From: Raillietiella orientalis
Taxonomy: Eukaryota
Direction: 5' to 3'
Assembly (NCBI GenBank): GCA_036172245.1
Contig: JAYWIR010000025.1
Span: 868,001-932,000 of the forward strand
DNA: 64,000 bases
The number at the start of each line of letters is the position of its first letter. The first letter of the stretch is position 1. The position numbers and the translations under genes are program-made. Positions 40,246-53,989 of the stretch are shown here, one piece after another. The notes under the pieces are model-generated. The model was given only the letters and a program-made list of their open reading frames with translations. It searched no databases and had not been told where the DNA came from.

Positions 40246-43200
40246 TACGAAAATTAAGTGTTTATTCAGTATTATATCCTGTTCAGCATCCACCTTTCTG
40301 CAGCCCCCGAAACATCGCACCACTTCACCGTCGGCACCACTTCAATCCGTGATTGGCTTTGAGCAGAGGCACTCCTTCAGGGCTACCCGGGGAGAGCGAT
40401 TATTGCTGCTTGAAAAACGTCAAATTACACTGCTCAGCTCAGTTCCATCTCTCTATTAGCAGAAAACTCAAACATTTAACGAAGCATGTGCTTAATTATA
40501 AGGCAATAACTACTGAATACTACTGAGAAGTATGAGAAAAATATCAGATAGCAGCTTTAGAAACAAGGATACGAAAAAGAAAGTGGAAGAACGTGTTAAA
40601 ACGGGTTAGAACAGTCAATAGTGGATTCGATCACATTCATAGTGATCTAACTATTGCACTGAATTTATACTCTGAGAAATGAAACCAATGAAAGATCCTG
40701 ATGTATGTAAGGAAGTAAAGCAGTAGCATTTTTCAATTTCCAATGAAAAGGCTGTTTGTTTCTCATTCACAGTATTCATATGCTTTATATTCTCGTTTTC
40801 AGTGTATCTATTTGAAGAGCATCGAATAATAACATAGAAGTAAACAAGACTGACCGATAATGATGTATGAATGCTTACTCTTTACACTGGCTGAGGTGTA
40901 GAGTGATCTTTGAAACTTTCCTTTTTTAGAATGGCTTTAATTTTGGTTATTATTTCAATTCATGAAATGATGTGTATGCTTCAGCAACATGAATTTCATG
41001 TGTCGTGTAAATAACATATAAAATGTATACATTCATGTATATATATAATCTCATAAACTCAATCACAGAAAGAAGTGATTGGCAGAATCACCTTTATAAG
41101 AAGCAGAAATCCTAGTTCAGTTAGAATTGATAATACCATTTCCAGTTACTCTACTAAATGCCCCCGTATACACTTGTTAAATACATCTCCATCCTTGTAA
41201 GTTACCTATTTACTTATAGCGGTATTCAATTACAATTATGGCATTAATGATGAGTAGTCCTTGAACAACCAGAATCAAATGATAAACAAATGCCGGGTAT
41301 TTCAAAGGTTTACGTCCAAGTGCTAAAGTAGATTTCAGATCACAAAAGAATCCTTCTTTTTATCCACGACAATATTTATAAATGTCAGCGAAATTCGAAA
41401 TAAATACAAATGGATTCTACTCCAAGATTAGAAAACTTTCTTCATACACCCGCTATCACTATATTAAAATTCTTATGCCAATTGTTGGATCACAATGCAA
41501 ATCAACTTTTATGAGTCGATCAGCTGAAGCCACTCAAGCATCTGCCTTTACAGAAAAAAGCAGAATGAGAAAAGAACCTGATCTAATGCTAATAAAACTG
41601 GAAAAAGAATGCTCTGTTTCATGTTTCATAAGGAAAAAACTGACGGAATACTCATTTTTCTTGGGAGGGTGGAACTTTATAGAGAACCACGAGTCCATCA
41701 AATAGATGATGAAAATTGAAAATTACCCCTGTTTTACTTCTGGTATTTTGACATCCTACAGTAGTTACGCTCAGCCGCGCTTTTTCTAGAAATCATTGCA
41801 GCTTTCGTTAGGTGAAGTCAACGCTAACAGAGAAGAAACCTCCTTTCTTCTACAATATTCCGACATTTGGTGGACTGACATAATCCATCCTTTAGCAGGA
41901 TTGAACATTTCCGTACTTTTCTTCCAGAGAGGTTGTTCCAGATTACAAGTCTCGGCCCCCTTATAGTTGTCTCCTCAGAGAGGAACCATGAGAACTTCGT
42001 TTCTGGGATCATTTTGCCAGTTTTCACGACCCTAATGGGCACAATAATAACTGGACTCTACTGGGTCTATTAGCACAACTCTATCCTCCGTTGAGATTGC
42101 CAAACGAAAAAGGTTCCCAGTGCTGAGACTGTACTTGATCATCTAGGACTTTACTTACAGAGACTATGTGCACGTTTGCCAAAGTGGCAAACAGGAGGTC
42201 CATGTTCCTCCGGAACGATTTCTCCTAAGGAGGAAGAGGCAAGATGTGTATGCCATCGTATCGGAGTTGCAGCATGAAGACTACATAACAAAGGCAATGT
42301 GAGTTTTCTCGTGAGCTGTACTGACAGTGAGTTGCAGCTTTGTCTTGGAACGAATCGCTGCCATGAAACTTATTTCACTGTCAGCTACATCTGGAAATCT
42401 TCCGAAGACTTCTTTGGAAGCATGAAGGGGCTGCTTCTCTTCGAAGAGATGCGCAGCCAAAACATAACTTTACAAGAAATGTATGCTAACAGTGTGATGT
42501 ACGCCGAAATAAGAACCTCTTGCCTCAAATGTCTTCCACGCGCTTTCAACATCCGCGTAGCACAACACTTTTCGACTCTGAGCCATTAATCGGCATCCCA
42601 AAAAAGACCGTGTAGATAGCAGAGAAAGGCAACTCAGTCAATATCTTCACAATTTGCCAGGCTACAATCAAATACACTAGGAAATCGCCGGAAGATGGAG
42701 AACCTCGGAATATGTCGGTGGCACCATAAGTACTCTCCTCTCTTCTGGATCAAGCTGCCGAGCTCTCGCTCGGCAGTTTGATCGGCACTGACCCGACCAG
42801 CGCTCCCGACGTGCAATTCCGAAAATCTGCTCGTTCGCTCTGCTGTCTTCGGTCGCTTCTGCAAGGTCGTTTCCACTCTTGGACGAATTAGGATGCCTTC
42901 ACGCCATGGTCCAAGCCGCCTCCGGATGCATTCTCATAGAAGAAAAAAAGACCAGTTTCTCTTCTGCCATTGACGTTGCTCAGTCTGCCGTTTCGTTCGT
43001 CAATGTCCAAAGTAAGCTCGCAGGAGAAGCGTGCCAAACGTCTCGTCGACAGTCGGCTGTTTATGGCAGTCGCTCGCATGAAGAGATTTCGCTTGTCCAG
43101 GCTCTCCGTGCCGGCTAAAGTGTTCGCGCCATCGGCTGAACTACGAGCGCAGTGAGGAACGGGAAATATCTGAGCAATCAAGGAAGAAACGACAGGCGGA

Positions 43201-44999
43201 ACGTCTCAGGGAGTAACGTGGGAATGCAAGGAGAGGACACAAGGTTCGGCTCTTAGTTCTGTGGATGGATCAGACAGCATCTCAGACACGACGGGGATTC
43301 TGATTCATGCAAGTAGAATGGAAGTAGAAGGTTGAAGTGCTCAGTGATTTCTTGAACGGAGGAATGCTCAGTGTTCAGAAATAAAAGCAACTAAAACTCG
43401 GTCATCTTTAAATAAAAGCAACAGATACATAGAGAAGGAGAGTACAGAAGGCAAAAACCGAATCTTCATTGAAAAATTCAATTATGAGAATTTCTTTTTT
43501 TCATAACTTGAATAATATATTAATAACTTGAATAACTTCAATAAGATATAATAAGATAAGAAAGATTGTTAAGAAACTAAGAAAGATAGATCCTATTTGT
43601 AATCTGATTTTGAAATCTTTAAATACGATGATATGAAATGAGAATGGTACAGTCAACTGTAGCAAGTGAGGAAACACATCCTTAATGATAATGCCGAAGA
43701 TTCGTCTTGAAGAGTATTAGCTAGATGGAAAACAAATTGTTGGGATATAATGAAATTAAAGAATAAATAATGAGTTGTAACATCCATTGTTCTGTAGTCA
43801 ACATGCGATTCCGTGTTATGAAAAGCATCAGTCGTAGATTCGTCAGTGTTAAACAAAGTAAGTCTCTGGCAAAAATTTCGATGCATGTAGCCGTGCGGGT
43901 GACGGTTTTACAACGATTTATTTTTGTGAAATAAGACACAGAATCTTACTGACTTCCAAGACAGATTTTCCTGCAGAGATAAGTAGATTCGTTCTTTCAA
44001 CGCTGTCGAGTACTTCGGAGCTCTGCGGATTCTGGCAACCAGGAGTCGCACCACCAGTGCTCTTGCCTATGTTGCACTCTTCTGTCGGAGAGCAGGAAGA
44101 ATTTCTTCCTGTATTTGATCTCCATTCTTCCCGATACTGCTGTCCGTTTTTACATGGGCATACCGGGTCGAGTAGGATGACTCGACATTCGTTCTGGGGG
44201 TCAGGAATCCGGTCAAAGTCAAAAGGAAGCTCTGCTCTCCAGAGGTTCGTTGATCAGCGGAGTCACCAGCTGCCAGTTTGCTTGCATCACATCCTCAGTG
44301 AGATTCATGGGATGGTCGGATCCCTTGATGATGAAATTATAATTCCGCATGCGGCGATTGAGGAGAATCCATCGAGGACTGATTTCTCATCGGACACCTC
44401 CGACACCTCCGATCCGCGCCGTTTCTTCCTGAGAGTGCTGCTAACCCTGGCAGCTGATTCAGTCAAGCAGTGTGTGCGAGGCGTCTGTCAGAGGACCATC
44501 GTGGGTGTTCCTTGCTGTACTAGAGGTGGCTGGATGCACAGAATTGTCCGACGCAGGGTATGGCTGTGCCCCGTTCAGGGTGTTCCTCGGCCCGCACGTT
44601 TCTGTACCGGAGGGATATGCGTACCCCGGCGGTGAATCTGTCCCATCTGTTGACCAGGGATGGATCTTCCGGTTGCTTGTGCTGGTTCTCTGGGTGCTAG
44701 GCGCTCTCGGATACGCCGGGATGCTTGGAAGTCGCCTGTCTGTGCTGGTCGGTCGTCACGTGGCTGGTCTTCTTTCCTCATACGAAACGTCTAGAGGACT
44801 ACACGTAAGAGCGTCGAGTAGATGCATTGAGCGCAGAGACCTCAGAGAGTTTCGCGGCTGTTTGCTCCGGAAGTTGGCAGCTTACGGCAGCCAACCGTAG
44901 AGAACTTGTGCTCTTGCAGTTGGACGAAGTCGGGACAAGAATATCCTCATAGCTCCACACTTCTTCCATAGTAAATCTTTTTCCACAGTCCTAAATTCA

Positions 45000-46120
45000 G
45001 ACTTCTCGGCAAGTATCTGGCTTCTTGAGAGTTCCAACTGGAATAGACTCACCCAAAACCTCTTTTCTAGAGATTTCTATGCATCGGAAATCTCTAGAAC
45101 TAGGATGCCAGCGATGCTTATTTGAAACTTCCAGTCTTCTGGGCTCTTTTCGCGCTGTTGCAACGAAACGACTTTATTCGGATTGATGGAGAGTCCAGGT
45201 TTGTGAATCCAATCCTCCAGAATTCCGAGACTTGATCTTCATTCCCACTCTGATTCTTCTTGGAGAAATAGATCATCTGCATAAACCCAGGAAGAACCAT
45301 TCCGAAAGATTCTTCCATCTTCCCCTCGAAGTGTCTCGATGGCCATACTAAATAGTAGGAAATTCTGGGAGCCCCTAATGGCTCTCTGGATCCAAATGTT
45401 TTGGGTGGTTTGATCGCCTGACTGAATGGAAGTCTGGACATCCTTATTGAGGTCGCCGACTATGCTGGAGGCATTTTAGGTGGAGTCTGCAGGATCAGCA
45501 CTTCGCGTAGAAGTGATGTATGGAGTCGCCAATGGAAATCGATCTCCAGTTTGCAATTTCATCAGACATCGGAGATTTATTAGGCAGGAAATGGCTTAGC
45601 AAAGTTTCCACCTTCAAGGGATCTTCAAATGCAAGAAAATGGAAGATAATATCTGTCTCGGAGTCGGTGGATCTCCACCCTTGGATGCAAAAGATGAATT
45701 TTCTGTCTTACTCAGGATTCTGGCAACTAGCTCCATTTTAGATGCAAGAGATCTATCGGAAAGACAAAACCACTGCTCTGAATCATGTGGTCTTTCGGCC
45801 ATGAAGTATCGGTATAAGCAGTGCGACCGAATGTGCCGGTAAAGTGCTGCACCATTTCTGAGATAAAAGTAGAGTAGCACTTTACCGATATTGACTTCTT
45901 AAGATTCTGTGATAGAATCCTGGAGTGACTATTTGCTAGTAAGTCGTGATGAATTACATGACTCTTCTGTTTGTTGAATCAGTTGCTGCATGTCATGGGA
46001 TCAACAGGTTTCTTCCCTAACAGTCTTTGAAGGCCTTATGTCGAGAACTCCTTTCGCCTCCTCCAGAAGTCGAAAAACTTCATTCTCGAAAATCTCCCAG
46101 ACGAGATTTCCGGATTCTTG
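45000..46120 (-). mobile_element. Decayed non-LTR RT fragment (RLE-clade-like)
   Basis: NWRSISIGDSIHHFYAKC*SCRL (cf. NWRPISI...LYAKCLAxRL) at ~45480-45555 and GLSINPNK at ~45170-45200; internally deleted. Confidence 0.55.
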
Positions 46121-46833
46121 CATCTTTTAGAATCTGATTCTTTCGTCTGCAAACTTTTTCGAAGTGATCTTTTGTTACTTCTTTCCTTCTAGAGCTCATT
46201 ACAAATTTCCTCTTGCGACCGGTTTACGAAACCCTTCCACAAAGACAGTACAAAATCCACCTGACTTGGAATATTATGTGGAAACTTGTTTTCCTTTTTT
46301 TGAAAGGTGTATTCAGTTTTCAAAAGCAGATCAAAGCGCTCCTCTAGCACCGAGCAAATTTCCTTTAAAACGGTTCAGTTGTTTATACTTTCCTTTTATG
46401 TCTTTATGGATGAGTGCATGGAAATCTAAGTTGTTTTAAAAAGAAGCAACTTCGATTTCATGTATACCTATCCTATAGATATACAGACAAAAAAAAAAGA
46501 CTCTTTCCGAAATAGCGAGCCACTTTAAAAGTTTCATCCTTTGTTCGATGCTCGCACATCCCTCTGGGCAACATAAAACTGTTCACATCAATGAATCCTT
46601 AGAAACAGCTTGTCTTTACTGTATACTCTAAAATAAGTTCTAAAAATAGTGGTAACAAAATTTTCGCTAAAGAATAGTCAGCGAAATACTGGGATATTCT
46701 GTTGCGAAAGGAGTACCAAGCTTGTTACGCGTGTGTTGACATGTTATTTGTTGTATTGGAAATATGAAGTAGTACTTCAATTTACGTTAACATAGAAGAC
46801 ATTAACCCCCATTATAGTGTGAATACTCCCGCC

Positions 46834-49800
46834 ATGGTAAAAGTTCGGACTTATTTATTTCCCTTCTTAATGGTTTATTTTACACTTTCTTCTGCTTTGG
46901 ATCCGTATGTTGTACTAGGTGTTGAAAAAACTGCTACCATTACAGAAATTCGTAAGGCATATAAATCGCTTGCCAAGGAATGGTAAATTTTGGAATTTTT
47001 AAATCTTTGAGGTCTTCTATTTATTTTCCTATAACAGAAGTAAATAGCTGTTTAAAATTTCGTTTTTCATTGTTTAAGTTACCATTTTCCCATGATTATC
47101 CTTATATTGTAGGTGCATGCAGAACTCATTAATGTTAAACAATTATTTCTTATTTGATCCCAATTACTGAATAAAGCATTAGAATAAAAAATAATGGAAC
47201 TCTAACTGTCCCATATAGTCATTTGGTAAACAAAAGTAAGTGAATGAATAGTTTATGCATAGAACATATAAACAACATGGTTGAAAATATATACATGCTT
47301 TTGTATGTGCTTGTCAGCAGATAATTTAATGTAATCCTCATTTATTGAGGTTAGCTGCAGTCATTATATGTAACTTCCAGCAAAAATATATGCAGCTATA
47401 TTAACAAGTCCAATAAATGACTTTTCATAAGTTTTCAAATTAAATTCTACATGTCAGAGTTATTTATATGTCGTTTTAATGTTAGGCATCCGGATAAAAA
47501 TAAGGCACCCGACGCAGAAGACAAGTTTATAAACATTCTTCAGGCCTATGAAGTAAGTTACATTAAACCCAAGTTTTTCGATACAGTTGTATTTGATTTA
47601 CGTTGCATTCAGTTTTTGGTGTACTGATTCTGAAGTTCAGGTTTTTGGTTATGAAAAACAGTTGAAATAGTACATGTTATTTGTTTCGAAGCGGACAAAT
47701 ACAGCATGAGAATACACTACTTAAGATGTCAAATTCATTTTTCTTGCATAATCAAAGTAGCTTTTTAAGTTTGATATCCACATCAATATATTCTCTGTTC
47801 TTATCTGCTAAACTATCCAACTTCCCTTTTAGCTGCTTTCTGATCCAGAGAAACGAAAGCAGTATGATGAATTTGGAAGGACTGGAGATGCATCTCAGTT
47901 CATGCATGCTGAATATGCAGGCCATGATCCATTTGAAGATTTGTTTACCTTCGCTGGGTTTGGAAACAAACTGAAGTTTGCATTCACGAAGGCTTCATCT
48001 CTGTATCAGAAAATGAGCACCACTGCCAAGTGTGTTATTATTCATCATCAACATTTTGCATGCCCCACTTTTTAGGATCCTCGAGCATACACTGCTTCCA
48101 GATAGTTATAAGCAGCCTCATCTCATCCTTTTTTATGCTGACTTGCGCCTGGCTTGCATTCACGTTAAACCTTTATGGCAGGCCCTCATTGCAGAATTGC
48201 AGCCTCTAGGTGTAGAATTGCATACTATTAATGCTGATGAAGAGCCATCAGCCATCAGAATGGCTCGAGTGCACTTTCTGCCAACTATTTCTTTGCTTCT
48301 GGATGGTCATATCCTTCATTATAAGGATGAGGCACTCACATTCTCACGCATTTTTGGTAACATGGTAGCATGGTTTGAGCCTATAAGAAACTTTTATAAT
48401 TAGAGTTTATCAAGTCAAAATTCCCCAGTCAACTCTTGCAGCCTATCAGACCTGACAATGTTCAGGTCTTCTTGAATTCCTGGTCAGATAACAAAGTTAG
48501 GGTTCTAGTTCTTAGTCGTCACAAGTCACCACAAATCCAATATTTGGTGGTTGCACATCAATTTAAAAGAAATGCTGCATTTGGGTATGTCACAAGATCA
48601 AATCGATAAGTTAGATATCCCATGTATTTAGTTACATTTGGCACCATGGTAATCAAGCCAAATTGTTGCGTCAGCAGCTTGGTGTGGTGGATGATTCTCA
48701 GGATGTGCTGCTTGCATACAAAGAAAACACTAGTCATGCTGTTGCCATGTTACGAATGCCCAGTATCCCCTTGAAACTTCTCAAAGAGTTTGTGGCCAAC
48801 CATTTGCATCTCATGTTGGCAAAAATCTCTTCTCAGGTAAATCAAGTCATTTCACAAGATGTTATGTAACTTTTAGGACATGCTGGATGACTTGTGCCCT
48901 GTAAGACCCATTCAACCAATCTATTTATGTATCATTTTGATCATTAATGAGAGTTCCACTGAGCTTTCGAACTCCTTTCGTAGCTACATATCTCAAAGGA
49001 GTTATTCTGATAAGAGAGTACAATTTGCCTATATTGTGAAGGAAAAGCAAATTTTTTTTGTTAACGATTTACGAAACGAAAAAAGCTCAATAGATTCTGG
49101 AGATATAATCATAATTCAAAGACTTCAGGTCCATCGTCTACGTTATGAATGGCTTCCAAATGGATGGATTCCGCATTCTGATCATATTAAGGGAAGTCAG
49201 CAACAGTTAGAGCAGACGCTAAATCAGCTTTTATCATCTAAACATTCATTTGGTGTAGAAATTGAGTTTCAGGTAGTTGGACAGAAATATTTGTTTTTAT
49301 GCAAGAGATTATCACTGTGATGTTTTCAGGAACTTCTAGATGAAGCTGCTAAAGGGTTGATAGGACGTATTATAGATAGAATAATGCTAACTGTGACAGG
49401 TATCTGGAACAACATTTCCAGAGATGATATGCTTTCCCTTGCCAGCATGCTGGCTACCATTTCTTTCATTGCTATGGGTGGTTACTTCATGGCCTATCTT
49501 GTGTAAGCAACTTGTTCTGTCCTCTTATTACTGTGTTCTATAGGAAGCTGGAAGAGCAGAGTATACAACAAAGTGGAAGAAGGCCTGTGGTTCGAAGTAA
49601 TCCATCAGCTTCACCTGTGCCCCTAAATGTTCATGAATTGCGAGCTGAAACGTATAATGGACTAGTTCGTTTACTCAAGCCAGGATATCGCACAGTTATT
49701 CTAATTCTGGATCCCCAGTCTCAGAATGTGTTACTGCCTCAGTTTCGAAGATGTGTTCATTCTTATCGCAAGTAGGGATTATATTTTGATGAGAATATTC

Positions 49801-50231
49801 CCTAAAGCACGTTTTCCAGAAATCATACACTTATGTTTGCTTTTATGAATATTGAGAAAGGGGTGAATTGGTTCCGTCAGATACTGGAACTCAGTCTCCC
49901 AGACTATAGAGATCTCAAGATAAACCCTCGTAACTGCGTAGGAACAGTGTTATCATTAAACGGTTATCGTAAATATTTTTGCATGTATCATGCTAAGCAC
50001 TCGGAATCTCAAAGAAAGCGAGGAACTGGAGCCTTTTTAGGGTTCGACAGTGATCAAGATTCTGATGTAGAGAAAGGAAAAACTGCCACCAAGTCTGAAA
50101 TGTCACATGATAACAATGTGCTTTATCAAGAACAACTGCTGGAAGGACTTCCCAATTGGCTGGATAGGCTTTTTGAAGGAAGTACTCGTCGTTATTGTAT
50201 ACGGTATTGGCCTAACTGGATTGGAAAATAA
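46834..50231 (+). CDS. DNAJC16: DnaJ homolog subfamily C member 16 (signal peptide, J domain, thioredoxin-like domain, TM, cytosolic tail), multi-exon
   Basis: Signal peptide then DPYVVLGV...IRKAYKSLAKEW|HPDKNK...AYE|LLSDPEKRKQYD; thioredoxin-like segment; TM near 49430-49500; C-terminal HELRAETYNGLVRLLKPG, INPRNCVGTVLSLNG and LPNWLDRLFEG. Confidence 0.92.
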
Positions 50232-50271
50232 ACTACACAAAGCATAATCAGTTCGATCGATTCAGGATTAA

Positions 50272-50734
50272 CTATTTTTTTTCTTCTTGTGAGCGTACCT
50301 GTGAAGAAGAAAATTAAAACAAACTTTTCTTTTGAGTTTACCTTGACTTCATCTACACGTATGTAATTCGGTAGAGCAAACTCATTTTGACAATTTGCAA
50401 GAGCCATTCCAATTCCCATACCAACTCCAAATGCAAATGGCCATGCTTTACCTTTAATTAAAGCGGGCAATTAATGTAAGGCAAGAAAATGGGCAACATG
50501 GAATTTGGGCTTAAAAAGAATCACACTCACGTTTAAATACGAAGAGAGAGGCTACTCCACCGATGGCTGCACCCCCACCTAAACATAATTATAGAAACGT
50601 CTTTACATTTGGCTGTTAAACAGAAACACCCTTTATTCAGAAAACAATATCTCACCTAGTTTTATCAGTGCATCCTTAAAGCATCTATCCCATTTAAGTT
50701 CAAGCACATCTTCTGAATGAGGCTTATCACCCAT
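50272..50734 (-). CDS. MICOS10: MICOS complex subunit MIC10, four exons
   Basis: Spliced translation MGDKPHSEDVLELKWDRCFKDALIKLG|GGAAIGGVASLFVFKR|KAWPFAFGVGMGIGMALANCQNEF...|VRSQEEKK*: KWDRC motif, two glycine-rich TMs, GxGxGxG motif. Confidence 0.9.
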
Positions 50735-53700
50735 GCTTCAATTTTGTATACCTAAATCATGTGGTTCACCGACTCGAGCTTTTCTCACTGCATCGGCATT
50801 ACCACGAACAGTTCAAATTCTATTATGAAATCCTAGTTGTCAAAAGTTAAATAAAAAAAGCAGGATGCAGATGAAGTGGATGTTCTATAGAAAGAGTATT
50901 GAGAATAAAATGCTGTTTGCTTCATGAATAATGGAAATAGCTACTATGTTTTTTTTCTCGATATGAAATTTTTGTTTCTTCGGATCTCTGCTATTGCGTT
51001 GTTTATGGAAATATTCTCAATCGATTCGCACTACCTAAAGATGCATATAACCAATGAATAAATAAGATGTAGTTAATATATAATCAAACAAGTTCCTCAT
51101 TTCAGACAACTGCTACTGCTCCATAAGGATCCAGAAACCTCAGTAACTATCTTTTCACTGCATCCTAATTACTTGAAATCCAAAGCAGATCTCCCTAGAC
51201 TATGAGAAACCGAGAAAAAAAAAAAAAAGGAAGGAAGGAAGGAAACAAGGAAGAAGAGAAAAGAAGAAAACAGTAAAGTACGTTATGCTTTTTCACAAGA
51301 AGTTCAGCATCTAAAAAGTTAGAGTTATTATGAATGGAAGTTATCATTTTGAATAAATAATGAAAAGTCTTATGTGATGAAATTACCGTACATCGTCCTT
51401 ATAGTTCCAAACAGTTCCAGTTATGAATGTTTGGAAAGTATGCATACAAGACAACACAGAAAGAGAAACAATCTAATGTCTTTAACCGGATTAATTGTGA
51501 GGTACTTGTTAATAGTGTAACTTCTGTCTCACAAAAAACTTTGCACAAAACCCGCATTCTTATCAGCATGATAATTGTATTCTCCGTACTTTCCTTTTTC
51601 TCTATGTACACAATGAATTAGTTAGCATTGGACATAATTCGTGAATTGAAATGCATGAATAGAAGACCTCACCAAATTTACAAAACTTAATGTGGATGAG
51701 CCTAGTGTTCAAAATGAAAAAAACAGTTTCTAAGTTTCTGAAAGTTTTTGATCTGATTATTGAGTCAGTGTCCGTCTGAGTCTCAATTTGCTATGTAGTA
51801 ACTTTTCTCCTTCCATAAAATGTAGTTTGCTGTATTACACTATCCATAAATGTTAATGGATTTCTTTTTCTTGCTCTTTGTGAAAATGGACATTACGTTC
51901 AACATATTTCGAGAGAAAGCAGCAAGATTTATTTTTCCTCTTTGTGACGAAAGGAATCAAAATCGTCGTCGTCGTAAATCAACGAAATATTTGTTTTCCT
52001 TCCTTGAACTAAAACTACGCAAGTTTCCTGTTTGTTTCATTCTGAATGAGCATTTATTAGGCACCACCTCGGCCTCATTGATTGTTTGATGCCTTCATTC
52101 CTTGTTCGAATAGACGTCGTCACCTTCAAAGTTTGTTTCGGCAGATGATTCAACCTTTCAAAGTTTTCGAGAATCCAGAAATAAATAAATAGGCGTTTTT
52201 GCCGTTGCTCAAATTCCGATTCATCAACGACCCACTTTGTGATTTTACTGCGGTCTATCTCTTAACTGCTCTCTATTCTTCTGCTCTTTTTAAATTATTT
52301 ATACCTTTTGAACAAGACAAGGGTTTGGACAAAAAGATTAAGGTTAGACCCGATACTCCTGTTAGGGTGTCATTTATCAATGTTAACAAACCATATTGAG
52401 CTTGTGCTATATCCCTATGCACAAATTATCTGCAATTCTGGTTTGGGTTCCTAGGGCTTGCTTGACATATTTTATGAAAGTCCAAGTAATTCCATAGCGT
52501 TCAAACTGATGTGAAGCTTAAGAAAAACCGTCGAATACTAAGGCAGAAGTACTGTAGTACAACTCATGGAATACTATCAACTTCTAGAAGCTTCAGTTCC
52601 AAAGCGAATGAAGTGATTCCTTCGAATTTTAAAGCGGAATGTGGTGCAATTGAAATACCATATCCAGGATCCAGGGACGGTTTCAAATAAATTCTTCTTC
52701 TATAGACTCTGTAACAGAAGACTGTAATCTTGTAACTGAAGTAGTCATATGAGCATGAAGAAAGCTTGCGACGTCCAAATTGTGACGTCCTAGTTGTTAC
52801 TGCGTCATGGCAGCTGGATTTCTTATGCTGTTTTTTTCTTCTGTGATATTTTGGATTTTCTTGCCCTTTTTTGTGAAGTCCGAGCCGCTACTCAGCGCCT
52901 ATCAGCATGTTTTTCATGCCATTTTTACTTCCCTTCCACACGGAAATTAGCTTTAAAAAGTAGTTTCGGGTAGTTCAGAGCAGTGAAGTCTCTTCATATT
53001 GATGCACTTTCCTTAGAGGTAGCTCAGTTGCCTAGCGTTTCCAAAATAGGTAATTTGAATTCTTCCGTCCTTCCGTAACTTGATTTTGTCATCTTTCCAT
53101 TTCTTCAGCATGGCAATCATTCCAGTGTTTCTACGTAGCGAGCCAACCAATTTTGGTTTCCTTATTATAATTAATTATTGAACTGCTTGTTCGACTTTGT
53201 TTCTAAACCGATTTGATAATGAGTTCTCTGGTGAGATTGCTCTCAATGAGAAAGGAGAATTTTAAATTTTGTCTCTCAAAGAAGAAGTGTAGTGCTGCAT
53301 TGGTATTCGTTTCCTAGTATTCATGCAGCATTATAAAACAGAACAACATTATAAGAAGCGTTTCTCAAATTGCATTTGTCTTGTTTTTGTTCTCGGCTAT
53401 ACAGAAGGTCATGGAGCATCTTCATCGATTCGACCTCTGATCAGCACTCACTAATTTGTTTTTGACATTACAAGGAGTTATGATAAGATCTCCCAATGTG
53501 AAATCGAATGCAGGTGTATGAAAGGTGTTTCAAGCTGGAAATTTCGCTCGGAGTCTATTACTCCCTGGAAGAAATATGAAATTAAAAACATGACTCACGC
53601 ATCAATTTTTATCACCGCTTGTGCTCACACTCTTTGATTAAATCCTCTCGAATACAAATTGTATATAGAAAATGAAAGACAGGGAGTATTCCTTCTCATT

Positions 53701-53989
53701 ACGAAGGATCCAGCATTTCCGTTATGGCCACTGCTTCTGCAATGGGAGAAAAAATTATCATTTGAGAAATTAAAGCACTGTGCTACTAACAGTAATGAGA
53801 AGTTATGGTTATTTATTGCAGTGAATTAAATAATCTGGAATCAACGAATGGACTTTAATCTCATATGCGAACGAACGACAGTGCAGTTGAGCTTAGAAGA
53901 GGAAGGAATGTATAAAGGAAGAATAATAATAAACCTTCTCTGATTTGGTGGAGGAAGAGGATTCAAAAGGAATACGAACACGAGTGCTC

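Noticed and set aside
52560..52680. Minus-strand PGYGISIAPHSALKFE resembling an FKBP C-terminus
   Set aside because: Too short, and no remaining FKBP motifs were found.
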